Shown piece by piece: positions 47,531 to 60,099 of a DNA stretch of 64,000 nt. Made by a program: the position numbers and the translations under genes. The notes under the pieces were generated by a model, which saw only the letters and a list, made by a program, of their open reading frames with translations, was not told the origin of the DNA and ran no database searches. Each line of letters opens with the position of its first letter. The stretch's first letter is position 1. Source of the stretch: Penicillus capitatus (lineage: Eukaryota; Plantae; Chlorophyta); NCBI GenBank assembly GCA_965649825.1, contig OZ287707.1, positions 186,001-250,000 on the forward strand, given 5' to 3'.

Positions 47531-49805
47531 AATACGAAGCTCTAAGACGCTGCCTGTCACGACTAGATTCCTCCTTTGTTGCTGTTGGATGAAACATTTA
47601 TCAACCATGAGTTCCTTCCCGTTGCACTCATAAGCTATTCTTTTCAAAAAACGCTTGGACGAATCGTGGTTAATGGATTCGAAGAATGTTCTACAAGGAT
47701 GTATTGAGGCACGAACCGTGCATTGTTAAAAAACGATCCATGTATTGAGGCACGAACTAGCAACTGTTCAAATGGAAGATAGTGGTTTAGCTGAACAGTT
47801 CAATCAGAAGCGAACGTCGCATCGCGATGTTCCATTGCTTCGCTGTTTGTCTCCGCTCCCTTTGCGGCATCGACCTCTGTGAACCATCCATCGCTCCAAA
47901 ACCCGACGCTGTCTCTCACGAGTCGGAAGATACAGAGTGCCTGAACACCGTCGCGCATGAATAGGGTAGCTGAACTGAATGATATCAAAGGTAAAGACAA
48001 GACCTAACTGCCTTGTCAACTCGAAGACGAACTTCACGCTGAAACGTAGGTATACGGATAGGTCGATGCGAAATCCGACTGAAGATTTCCCGACGAAGCC
48101 GCGGCATTCAAGCCTGAGCTAGTCGTTTCCGTGACGTCATGCAGCGACGGTCTGCGCTAACATACAAATAGCCATCCCGCAACGGAGTCCGCGCGTTTGC
48201 GTTTAAGTCTTATCGAGTTTTCCATACTGGTCGACGTGCCATTTCAGCAGCGACGAGCCGATGTCTTCTGCGCGCATTCTCGCCTCTGTTTTCTTCCTCG
48301 TCGTGGGCGCGATCTACGGTAAGTTATTTTAATTCGAAGGCATCCACTAGGAGCCAGCGTGTTGTAGTTTCGGCGGGTGTCTTTCCATCTTCTATGCCCA
48401 ACCCCGACAATCCCGATACCTGCCCGGCGAATCTCTGCAGAGCAGCTGTCGAACGTGACGAGGGAAAGATAAGAAGCGCCATTGAGAGCGGGACGCCAAA
48501 CATCTGCAACTGCACGTGCGACCCTGACCCCGTGCCGGTCACCAACAAGACGCTCCTCCACGTGACGGCGTTATACGAAGAGTCCGTGGCCTGCGCCAAT
48601 CTGTTGCTCGACACGCCGCCGAACTGTTCGGTCAATGCGCTGGACGCGAAGAAAAACACGCCGCTGCACGACGCCGCGGCATCGTGCCTTCCGCCCATGG
48701 CATACGTGCGACCTCCATCCGGCTTTCGATTTGCAGAATGGTGACTGTCGCGTTCAGGTCTTCATGGAGGCCGACGCCGAGGTCGAACTCGAGAACGATG
48801 ATGGATACACGCCAATGTGCGTGGCCGCGTCCACAGACGATCCAAACTGTGCCGGCGTTGTCATCCATTTGGTCGAGTACGGGGCGGACATCTGCAAGAA
48901 GTGCAACGGAACACTGCCTTACGATCTGGCAGTCAACAAGATCGTGAAAGACGTACGTCCATCTCACTTACAACGCTGCCAGCATCTCTCCGTATTTGTA
49001 GATCATCGAACAGAACAACGGCACGCCGGCAGAGGACGGAGGAATTTGCTAAATGCTTAGCTCTGATGGAGCTTGCACATGGGAAATGAGGATTGCATTT
49101 TATTGTTTTTTTTTCCTGCTCACGCATCGGTCATTCATCGTCTTTTCGCTTCTACATCTGAGCTGGCATTGTAATGGTAGCATCTACATGATTGTCTTGC
49201 AGTGATGGATGTTCAACATCATCTGCCGAGAATCAAGTGCTTCTCTCCGATGGAACTTGCATAACGGGAAAACAAAGGGATTGTATTTTGTTGTTTTTTT
49301 CTGCTCACACATCGATCATTCATTATTCATCATCGCTTCTTCATCTTAGCTGGGACCGTGAAGGACAACATCTACGTGATTGTCTTGCAGTGGTGGATGT
49401 TCAATACCAATTGTCATTTGAAGAGAATCGAACGATGTAACTCGAAGCATGAGGCGTGTTAGAACCACATGTGCTTATGCTCGCCGCCGTCCAATCGATG
49501 CGGTCTTCGGTTCGCAGACCAATTCGCATATCACACTTCGCTCGAACACGAACGTGAGCATTCAGTCTCACGCAATAAGTCACTCAATGAGATGCAGGTA
49601 AGCGGCGTAAGTAGCGTCGGCTGTCCGCTTCGACTCCTTGATCGTTACATCGATGTCGCCATGTCTTATTTACGTCCTGCTGACGGATGATGCGCGATGG
49701 AAAATCTCAATGCGAGTTTCCGAAGTCTGAGTAATCAATCACAAATCTCAGTCTTCTTGTCACTGTTGCATTGTCAGTGCATTCACAGACAACAATCATT
49801 TGAAC
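47490..49805 (+). repeat. Segmental duplication of about 38830-40980 (type-A 3' end, spacer, type-B gene and flank)
   Basis: Long near-identical stretches, e.g. gaatcgtggttaatggattcgaagaatgtt...caatcagaagcgaacgtcgcatcgcgatgttccattgcttcgctg, at both about 39000-39250 and about 47660-47910. Confidence 0.9.
48261..49052 (+). CDS. Secreted cysteine-rich ankyrin-repeat protein, type B copy 3
   Basis: Same exon structure; signal peptide MSSARILASVFFLVVGAIYVSA; ends IIEQNNGTPAEDGGIC-stop. Confidence 0.85.
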
Positions 49806-49901
49806 AGTCTTTCTAAGTCAAGCACAACACCGCTCGTGTTTGTGAAGGTTTGAGTATCGAGATGGCCCATGCGTTTGGTTTTCTTGACGACACGTCGATA
49901 G

Positions 49902-50433
49902 ATGCAAGTAGCAATCGCGGCAGCAACGCTAGAGCTTCGGGCTGGCCGTTTGGATGACGTGCGTAACACGAGTACTGAACCAATTCGCGAACCGTCAAGG
50001 TGTCTTTTCGTCACGACTGTGACCGACATCGCTACATGGCAACCTCTAGTTCTCAGTTTATATCCTCTCAAGAACTTCGCAGACACCGCGGCTACGACGA
50101 TCGTGCTATCTATCTCGCTATCAAAGGCGTGGTATACGATGTATCATCTTCACGGCACCTCTATGGCCCCGGTACACACTCAAGCTTCTGTTCGGTTGAA
50201 CACCTCGTGTTGAAGGGGGTCCATATCACGTCTTTTCCGGAAAAGAATGCGCCAGAGCACTGGCCCTTTTCTCCGTCGCCGAGAAAGACTGCATTGGAGA
50301 CACACATCGGTTAGACGATGATCAATTGGAGGCATTGGAAGAATGGATCCAGAAGTTCAAACTCAAGTACCCAGTGGTGGGAAGAATCAACGATGGTTTC
50401 TTTCAGCGTGTATCGAGTTTTTTGTTCCAATAG
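49902..50433 (+). CDS. Cytochrome b5-like heme/steroid-binding protein (MAPR family); 5' end uncertain
   Basis: ISSQELRRHRGYDDRAIYLAIKGVVYDVSSSRHLYGP/GGPYHVFSGKECARALA...LEEWIQKFKLKYPVVGRI. Confidence 0.88.
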
Positions 50434-50506
50434 CACCGAACAGAATCGGAGATAACATACGTGACATGCTGTATCAAGGTGACAAGCAGAACGCAGGAAC
50501 CACTCT

Positions 50507-52352
50507 TTATCTTTTGACCCACTGAAAAGACTTTCTGGCCTTTGCGCGTCCAGGCTTCTTTCGTTCGACGATCCGTGGATCTCGTTTTAACAACCCTGAT
50601 TCTTTCAGGGATTCCTGATATTCGGTACTGTATGTCTTCAATGCTCGGGCGATGCCATGGCGGACTGCCTGAGATTGACCTGACCATCCTCCTCCCCCGA
50701 CCGTGACCGTAGCATCGAACTGTCCAAGTGTATCCGTTGCCAGGAAGGGACTGAGGACGTAACATCGCCCATCCATGTTCGGAAAATATTCTTGAAGGCT
50801 CTTGTTGTTGATGATGATCTGTCCAGTTCCTTTCCGCAGCACGACAGATGCGACGGAACATTTCCTCTTGCCGACTGCAAGGACATCTCTGTCAGCATCT
50901 ATCTCGGCCTCGTGGACGGGCTTATCCTCCTCGAGTGGCTGCTGTGTTTTTGGGAGTTGCCGCAAACCGACAGACCGATGCACTTCTTGTATCAGGTCCA
51001 GCAATTCTCCTTTCCCTGGGCGATGTTCGTAGACCTCTGAGAGATACTCCCACAAACTGAAGGTGTCGTTTTGGTTGAGTTCCTTTGGATAGAAGCCTTC
51101 ATCTGATGCCCCGCCTTTCTCTAATGTACAGCAAAATGCGCAGTCATGTCTGTACTTGTGTTCGAGGGATACCTAGGATGGATTGCGAGGGTACATTCGC
51201 CATCAACCCGTTTTCCTTTCTTTTCGGGGCATAGTTGTACTTTAGGACCCGAGTTTCTTCTTCGTCATCTGTCACCTCTGGGTCATAATAATTTACGTCT
51301 TCCTCAACTTCCAGGAGTCTCTGTGCTTTTTCGTCTCCCAAAGCATTCTGTCCAGTCCATTTCAAACAACAGATTGCCAAAGAGAGGCACACGACGTACT
51401 CTTGTGACGAGGTAGTGAACGAGAGCATCTCCCAAAACACCCTTGGCCCTCATGACCTCGAGCTCTTCGTATGTAAAACGCCCGTTTCCAACCAATTCGG
51501 CAAACTTTTCTGCTTCCTTATATGTTTCCAATACATCCGAAGCACAGGAATCCAGTATACTCTCCGCATCCTGTTCTCTGATAAGGTTCTCAGAAACAAG
51601 GAGCGACAAATCACTGGGGTGCAGATTTCCAGTCAGGACATAAGGGCCGAGTCGTGTCCACAAAAAATCTGACGAAGCCAACAGCCCTCTGATCCCTGAA
51701 ACGCCACATCGCGGTGGCGATCGAAAACAAACGTACAGTATTCTTGATGATCACTTGCAAAACTAAAAGGACGCTCAGGGGCTGGGGACGTCTTTTCTTG
51801 TATCTCCTTCGTGACGGCATCGGCCACATCTCTGGGGATCATTTCCTTTTCCACGAGGTATTCTATCTCTTCGAGGCCGAGGTCGCCGCTTTGAACGATA
51901 AGTGTCAGATCCTTCTGGCCAAGAAGATTGTTGCGCAGCAGTTCCATCACTTCGACGACACTCAATTGCGAGGTTCCTTGATGCAGCACGGTTCGGATGT
52001 GTTGCTGCGCTAGTGGACTTAGAACGCCTTGATCGACAAAAAACTGCAGATCTCGTTGCGTCATTTTCCTTTCCTGCACTCCCCTCAGCAACTCTGCTGT
52101 CGACAGTGTCCCAGTTCGGACAAGAGGAATGAGGGTTTGCAGCTGAGGGTCTTCGACGTCCCTCCTGCGGTCTGGAGCAGACGCGATCAATGACTCGATC
52201 TTACGCGTCGCCGTTTGCACCGTCGTTCGTCCTTCCAGATCCTCTTCACTTTCTGCCTCCGCTATTGCGGCAGATCCGAATCGCGGACGAGAAGTCAGAA
52301 GGAAGCTACGGATAACTGGCGCATAGCGGGCGGCCCTCAGTTGCAGCTGCAT
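50507..52352 (-). CDS. MRPS9: Mitochondrial ribosomal protein uS9m with very large N-terminal extension
   Basis: C-terminal S9 domain GKRKCSVASV...GGGWSGQSQAVRHGIARAL...RDPRIVERKKPGRAKARKSFQWVKR; presequence MQLQLRAARYAPVIRSFLLTSRPRF; upstream exons join in frame. Confidence 0.85.
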
Positions 52353-52579
52353 GATGATTTCGAAATCCCTCGAACTTCACACCCCCATCAATAATCCTCG
52401 TTACAAGGTCACATCTCCGTCTACCCCGTGGCACATTGTCATCTCTCCGTCAGAAGTTTATATTTCAGCCTCGAAGATTCGTTCAACCTCAGCGTTGTTG
52501 CATATTGACAGCCTCGTTGTATAACTCTTGGTGAATTCACTCGTCGACTACTTTTGCGTTCAGTCCTTGTATAAACATC

Positions 52580-54337
52580 ATGGACTTTGCATTATTCGCT
52601 TTACTTCGCAACAAGTTTCCGAATTTCGATACGCCCCACAAAGAACTGTCTTGTATGAAGCTCCCAGCGGCGAATAGGGAAACGACTTTCCTCGGTGAGA
52701 CTGTTTTGGGACATTGGACTGTTGACGAAGGGACTTGTGTGTAGAGACACTCGATGCGCAACGACTGTCTACGTATATCAAAGCAAAGGCTGCTGTGAGC
52801 AACGAGGAATACGATGGTGTGCGGCGCAGTCCTTCCGAAGCGTCTTTGATTTTCGAGTATGCGTCACCGTGGCAGCTTCAGCGGCTAACGGCCAGTTGTA
52901 CGCGTTTACCGCGGACGGGCACGCAACGGAGTGCCTTGAAAAGCAGTATACGACGCGGACTCATGCTGCTGCCTGGTAACGTATTACTGATGAAAGCGGC
53001 TCAGTCGAAGCGCAAGCATCAGATTGGCTTCGGCGTGAAATCGTCGGTCGGCCAGCGGCCGTACATGGAGGACAGCCACATCATGAAACCCTTCTTTTTT
53101 CGCTTTCCTATTTCTTTGGCGTGTGGCCAGCAATTGATTCCGGACTTTGTGAAGACAGAATTGGAGAAGGTGTCACGGAATGCCCCAGTCGAAGGCGGTT
53201 GCTCTTGGAATTCGTTCAAAAACGAAATCGCAAGCCCCAGAGACGGCGGCGTTCCTTGCGTTTTTGACGAGTTTGATTTATTTCTTATTTGTGATGGACA
53301 TGGCGGTGCTCAAGTGGCGCAATATTGTACAGCAAATTTCAAGAAAATCCTCAAGAAGCAGTTGAAGGCGTCTGTCGAAGAGCGGTACGTAGAACTGTTG
53401 CAGTCCGCTCAGACATCAAAGGGTGAAACGGAGGGCGTCATGTCTCACTCTTCCCAAGAGCTCCTGCCAGAACGCAGCGTCAAATCTGCCGCAAATATGG
53501 GCGAGACGCGAGCAGGGTTTTTGGATCGAGATAACCGAAGACTCAAGCTCTCCGAATCAGTGAGGATTCGAGGATCGGGCGAAATTGACATTCAAGAGAA
53601 CAATGACGGCGCCCAATCCGCCAATGGACTCCCCGGTGCTCAGTGTGGTCTTGACGTACACCATCTTCGTGATTGTCTCTCTCAAAGCTTTCAACAACTT
53701 GATGCCGAAGTCAAAGACCAGGAATTGGGAGATTTTGAAGGTTCCACTGCCTTGGCGGCCCTTGTCGGTAGCTGGCACATCTGCATTGCCAACTGTGGTA
53801 AGCACCTCGCTCTGCCGTCCGTCTGCATGCCCCGATGCTTGTCGTACAGGTGACTCTCGTGCTGTGCTTTCTCGCAATAGCGTCGCTGTGCGACTGACGA
53901 GAGATCATAAGCCACATATCGAAGAGGAACGGAGGAGAATTGAAGAACAAGGGGGGTTCGTAGTCAACGCGTACGGTTGCTCCCGTGTCAATGGTTTCCT
54001 CGCAATGTCTCGGGCCATTGGAGATCATCTAATCCCAGCTGTCATTGCCCAGCCCGATGTGGCTGTCTTGCATAGACATCCAACGGATGAGTTCTTAATC
54101 TGCGCAACAGATGGTCTGTGGGATGTCATGACAGACGAGGAAGCTTGTGACATGACAAGGAAATGCCTGGCACGTGCCGAAGCAAAAGGAGCTAGAAAAC
54201 TATCCACCAGAGTCGCTGCCAATGTCTTGCTGAAAGCCGCTTTAGATAAAGGAAGCACAGATAACATCACCATTGCCGTTGTCGACCTCAGGACACCACC
54301 CCATGATGCCAAAACGGTATCCAGAGAGGCCAAGTGA
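52580..54337 (+). CDS. Protein phosphatase 2C (PPM family)
   Basis: SVGQRPYMEDSH, ICDGHGG, GSTAL, IANCG/DSRAVL, LTRDHKP, LAMSRAIGD, ATDGLWDV, GSTDNITIAVVDL. Confidence 0.96.
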
Positions 54338-54923
54338 AAGTGGATTGTATCATTTGATGTGACATTTCAAAAAAAAAATCGTGTTACATGACAGTTCATT
54401 TTGTGTACATGGTGACCGACTTCATCTCGCTTATTCAAATGACAACCTGCATGAGATGCCTAGTTGAGAAGACGCTTTTGTGGGACGTCCAAAACGCAAT
54501 GTGCAACACCATCATTTGTCTCATTTCTCTAAATATGACGATCATTTGACGGATGGCTTACTGTGTGAGATGCATCAATATCGCATAGATTTTCCACCCC
54601 TCTCGATCAAAGCGCCACTCCGACAGTGAAAATCTGGAACGTGCGAGTGACAAAGAAAACAAGACGCAAGGCTCATAAAGAATATCTCACGAAACCGGAC
54701 TGTTCACTGTAGTGTCTATCTCTATTTTGCGTTGCCCATCTCCATGACTTCATGTTTGTATAGAAAGAAAGAACGCACGCTGAGTACCGGCGCGATCTCA
54801 TCTCTAAGTTTCTACACGCATCGGTACATTGCTCTTTGTATGACATCCGTTAGGGATTCTTCTGATCTAGCATCCCAGATAGAATACATGCTGTTTGTCA
54901 CTTGGTTCGTGCGCCGTCCGACA

Positions 54924-55534
54924 ATGGATGTAATCTCATGTGCACGTTTAGCATTTCTCGTGCATCGTCGTGTTTCGACGGTGAGGTGTCACGCCGCCGC
55001 AGCCGCCACTCGACGCAGTACATACACGCATTCTCAGATGACTGACAGGCATCTTGTGTTTAAGATATCATGACGTGAAACAGAGAAATCGATACCAAAG
55101 ACGCTTCCTTCTGACGTCGCTCTCTTCTCTCTTCGTCTGCTTCGTCCGTTTCCTCGCTGACTGCCGACGAGATATCTATTGTCGCAGATCTCTTCGATCG
55201 CGATCGCCCGTGCCCAGGAAGAAGGAACAGAAGAGACATCTCCCCTCATTCAAGGCACGTCGTTCCTGTTGGATCTCTTCGGCTGTTTTGACTCTTCGAT
55301 AAAGAGATGTTGAGAAAAACGAAAGAGAACAGAGAACAACGAGAAAAGGAAGTCCTCGAGGACTACAACAGAAAAAACTTCAAAGTAAAACGAAGACGAC
55401 TGTTGAAGGACTTCTCTCAAATCGCCGCCACTTGTCTGTCTGTACAGGACTATTTCTCCGTTTCACTGGACTCCGGCGAGTTGAGTGCCGAAACCAAAGA
55501 GAAGATCAAAAAGTGGCTGGATGCGAACAAGTAA
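54924..55534 (+). CDS. PsaN-like thylakoid lumen protein (TAT signal)
   Basis: Transit peptide, RR-F-L twin-arginine motif, ARA cleavage site, SPLIQEMLRKTKENREQREKEVLEDYNRKNFK/DYF...ELSAETKEKIKKWLDANK. Confidence 0.75.
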
Positions 55535-55655
55535 CAGGCAGGTCGTTTAATCAGCAGCGCATTGATAAACTACTGGCACAGTTTGCATACAGTAATGTAC
55601 ATGGCTTTGCAACATGACAAACAGAAGGAGAGAAATGGGCAAAGACTTGACATCA

Positions 55656-56730
55656 TCATCCAGATCTGCCACTGTTGAACTTTTTCTTCAACGCTCTGGA
55701 AAACTCCGTTTCGTATCGTAAGGGCGCCTCCGTTGACGACTCTGTCTTCACCTGCTCGCATTTTTGACGTCTTTTGTCAGAGGTCGTCATCACATACCTT
55801 AAGCCTGTTTGTCCATCCCCTTGCCCAGTCTTTCAGTGGGCGTAGTCGTTCTTGAAAGGTAAGGCCCATCGGCGACAATGACTTCTTCATCAGCATCTTG
55901 ACGTCTTCCATTCCTCGGACATCATACTTCAGGCAGACATAACTCCCGAGCGATACGACTAGAACTCCGCCAACGAGAGATCCATACACCAATCCACGCA
56001 TGGCTACCTGGAATGCATCGATGCCCAGGCCTGGGAGACGAGAGACGGGCCATCTCATACCATGAATTGTCGACGGGCTGCTTCGGCAGCTTCCGGCGAG
56101 AGAGATCGTGCCCTTGATCGCGATAGACCTGTCGCGTCATCGCGGGTCAAGTCTCATGGCATGGATCTTTGAAGCACCTTGGCTAAGACTGGCATATCTG
56201 TTTGGCTGAAGCCTCATTTGCGTTCCGATACCGGAGCCAACAAATCCGGAAATACCCAGCTGACTTCTCCATCGCCGAAATTCAGCTTCGGTCAGCGGCG
56301 GCAGCTTCGCTTTGGCACGCCTGATCCAATCTCGACACCCCAAATACCACAGATCGAACGATTTCACTTTTCATATTCCTGCATCAGTGCTGCCCGTGGG
56401 ACATTTATTCGCGCTCCTTGCTGCAGAATCTCTCCCAAAACCTGCATGCCTTCATGCATCCCAATGGAAAATGGAGTAAACCGTTCACGACTTCGTAGCT
56501 TTGTAGACTCTGCTTCAGAGAGACATGACGGGGAGGTGAACGGTTACCAGTGTCGTCGGAAATAACTCCGCGTTGTTTGAGATATTCAACGTATCTTTGT
56601 AAGTCTGCCTCCTGAAAAGACAGGGATGGACTGTTTCGCAGGCGGAGTGAAGAAGCCAACGGCTTGCCTGTTCTTTCTTAAAAAATGCGCCCTCGCGTGC
56701 CAAAGCAAATCCGCCAAGGATACTCGCCAT
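55656..56730 (-). CDS. Hypothetical membrane protein (about 260 aa, 7 exons)
   Basis: Exons join in frame via six introns of about 50 nt (first is GC-AG): MASILGGFALAREGAFFKKEQ...LSPEAAEAARRQFMVAMRGLVYGSLVGGVLVVSLGSYVCL...; no family recognised with confidence. Confidence 0.65.
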
Positions 56731-56758
56731 CAGCTGTCACTTCATCTAACAGCGGGGC

Positions 56759-57953
56759 ATGAAAATAACGGCAACAAGCGCACGGTCTTGGGCGCCTTGC
56801 TCTGTGGGATCCTGGCACGTCTCAGCCCTCTTCAGAAGTCACTTTCATGCACTGCCTCTAGCACGGCATCCTATCCGATGGCCAATGACCCCTCCTTACC
56901 ACAACGGATCTTCCAGTGGCCCTTGGACGCATGAGATGAAGCTTCGCAGCCTCACTTCTCAAGATGCTGAAGAGACGACGTGCAATGCGTCGATCCCTGA
57001 GTCGTCTGGAGAAGCTCTTGTGCTCAGAGAAGCGCCGCACGAGGGACCCATCGCTCGCGACGATCTGGAAGGCATGGCGCCTAGGATGTCACATCAGGCG
57101 CAATCCTTCAGGCGTTGGTTCAAAATCTTCCTCCTTCTGAGTGCCAGCCTGGTGCTGGTGAGCTTGCCGTCTCAACCTGCTTTTGCTAGTGCTGCAGCAG
57201 AGGGTTCTGGTTTCTCCATTGCTCAGGCGCTTAAGGGTAATGCTCCCAATCATGACACCACGGTTCCATTCATGTCGTACGGTCTGTGTGATTCCCACAG
57301 GCTTTGCCGATTTTATTCTGCATCTGGATGTCCACCTGAGCTCCATCATTTCTAAGCATGGCACCATGACGTATGCCCTCCTCTTTGGAATCGTATTCTG
57401 TGAGACAGGACTGGTATTGACGCCCTTCCTTCCAGGAGATTCCCTTCTCTTTGTCGCCGGCGCTCTGGCTGGTCTCGGAAAACTGAACATGTCTCTGGTC
57501 TGCACCATCTTCATCGTCGCCGCCATTGTAGGCGATGCAGTAAACTATGCCGTGGGTGCATGGTTAGGGCAGAAAGCTGTGAATGCCAAAATCATATCCA
57601 AATCCAATATCGACAAGACGGAGCAGTTTTTCAAGGCCTATGGCGGAAAGACCATTGTTCTGGCACGTTTCGTTCCAATCGTGCGCACTTTTGCTCCCTT
57701 TGTTGCAGGAATGAGTCAGATGAACTATCAGCGATTTGCCACATTCAATGTCGGCGGCGCTTTGCTATGGACGTGTCTTTTCTGCGGAACGGGTTACTTC
57801 TTTGGCAACCTGCCTTTCGTGGAAAAGAACTTCTCTCTTGTGGTCTTGGCCATTGTGGCCATCTCTGTCCTCCCTATTGTCTACGAAATCATGGCTGCCA
57901 AAAATCACCAGACAAACACAGACGCAACGAGTTCTCCATCAGCACAAACGTAA
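56759..57953 (+). CDS. dedA: DedA / SNARE-associated family membrane protein, bacterial type, with plastid-like transit peptide
   Basis: [75 protein letters not shown]. Confidence 0.93.
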
Positions 57954-58077
57954 AAACAGAAAACGCACGATGTCATGTAAACCCAACTCCACGAATCAAA
58001 GCGAGATTTTGGACATCTGTGTCTGTCACGATTTGTGTCCGTGAGTGCGTGAGTGCGTGTCCAAAAGGGCATCCATC

Positions 58078-58625
58078 TTACAACGAATAGTACCATCGAG
58101 AGAGATCTGTCAGTGCTGCATTGAGACTAAAGAGCATTAAGGATGTGACGGCCACAATCGTGATCACCAATAACGTCTGCAGAACGGCCTGCCATTGCAT
58201 CCTGTAGCATCTGGTGTCGATCTGTGATATTTACCTTTCCCAAAGGAGGCCAATCGATCAAGGACGCTTCTTCCACGACGCCCTTAGAACACCAAAACGG
58301 ACTGAGCTACTTGTCGAATGCATTCCATATCGACCTCCCAGAAACCCATGGCTGGCGTCGAGGAGCTACTCTCTTTCAAAGCCTGGAGCCTTTGGACCAT
58401 TTCTTCCTCCGTTTCCTCCGAACCACACGTCAGACGCCCGCCAACACGTTTGGCGGAATGGCTAAGTACTGGCGCTTTCTTCTCCGTGTCATTTTTCTGA
58501 GCAAAGAGCCTGCGATGGACTCTCAACGCGGTTCGTATGTTTGTCCTCGGTGCCGTTCCCGGTCTGCTGCGGATCGTCTGTCGACTGGTGCTGAAAGGAA
58601 GAGTGTATGCCAAATGGCCGATCAT
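58078..58625 (-). CDS. SECE1: Plastid preprotein translocase subunit SecE
   Basis: Transit peptide, then spliced GFWE/GVVEEASLIDWPPLGK/AVLQTLLVITIVAVTSLMLFSLNAALTDLS (SecE signature E...I.WP + TM). Confidence 0.85.
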
Positions 58626-58925
58626 TGCGAAGGCGATGCTCAGTCGATCGTAACCGATGAAGGTCGGGATCCATCCAAGAGGATCAACGTCTGGAGTGGT
58701 CGCTCTTCCTACATCCCTCGTTTTTCCTGTCCATAAAAGCGTTCTCTCACCTTCCATATCTCACTGCGCATCCTTAGATTCTGGCAGCACCTCTGATGTT
58801 TGTCCATTGTGCATTTGACTCGGCGTCTTCCGTCGGGGGACGCATTTTTCAATATCTGAGGCATAGACTGTAGGTGGTATGGGGGTCAGAATAGGAGACA
58901 TGAGCTCCGAGACGTCGAAGTGGCA

Positions 58926-60047
58926 ATGATGCGTCGGCATCTGTCTGTGGACACCCCGCTGAAGAGAGTGAATGCGCGCGGAGTGAATCTCGACTTAGAC
59001 ACGGATCCAAAGGATCTTTACGAAGCCTCTTGGCTACACGAGCTGTTTTCCTGCGACAACAGTGTCCCGTTCCATGCAACGTCATCCAACGCCGAAGTCT
59101 TAAACGAGAGGGCGATGATGGAGGATCAACGACTGCCTTTCTTTCACTTGGCCACGGACGAGCCACCGGCAGTGCTGGAATCCTGTCGCTCTCCAGCAAA
59201 TCGCTCAATGAATAGCCGGTCAGGGTCTTTGGCTTCTGCTCAACAGTCTTGTGCTCTGAGCAAACCGTTGCTCAAATCGAGTCTTCTGGATGATGCCGAG
59301 AGTCTCTCGGTCGATCCATGTATGAAGGCTCTGCGATGCTTTATCTCTAAGTCGATGCCCTTTCTTAATAGATGCTGCACCATGGATGCCACGCTTCCTA
59401 TCAGCGACGCCCATATCAGCACCGACATTTCCTTCACGTTTCCCGTTAGCTCGTGAGGGCAGTGGACGGACAGTATCGCGTCACGAGATGTTGTAGATGT
59501 CTCGAATCTGCGTCGGAAGCGAAAGGGAGGACCAAACGGTCGTTCCGATGAAGAACTGCGGCAGCTGGATCCCGTCCAAGTCAAGAGAATCCTCTCCAAC
59601 AGAGCCGTAAGGCAAAAGACCCATCGAACATGTCAGCCGTGTGTCTCTCCAGAGTGCCGCTCGTTCGAAGGATCGACGAAAGCGATACGTCGAAAACCTC
59701 AAGGAGCAGTCCAACACTCTTGCGCAGCAAAACGCCCATCTCAAATCAGAGATCCGGCAACTTGAATGCATCCTGCAAAAAGAAGAGAAAGAGATCAAGT
59801 ACATGCATTTGACAGTAAGCTCACTCTTTCTCGATCTTCTCACTCTTTTTTCCAGACTCGAGCGGATCAAAGAGATCTGTCGAGGTCGATGGCTCACGAT
59901 GAAAAATGCGATAGGCCACGCTTCGGCAGAACACACGCCGCAGGCATATCGCGAGATGTCGTTTCTCGATCGTCGATGCCGTTCTCTGTGCCACCTCTGT
60001 CTCGCGTCATCTCCAGCACCGTCATTGCTGTAGACATCAGAACGTGA
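58926..60047 (+). CDS. bZIP transcription factor (group I / VIP1-like basic region); last exon uncertain
   Basis: LDPVQVKRILSNRA/SAARSKDRRKRYVENLKEQSNTLAQQNAHLKSEIRQLE. Confidence 0.85.
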
Positions 60048-60099
60048 ATTGCTTAAATGTCATTTCGCCGAATCGCGCGTTAAGTTTCTGTTCGCGGCG

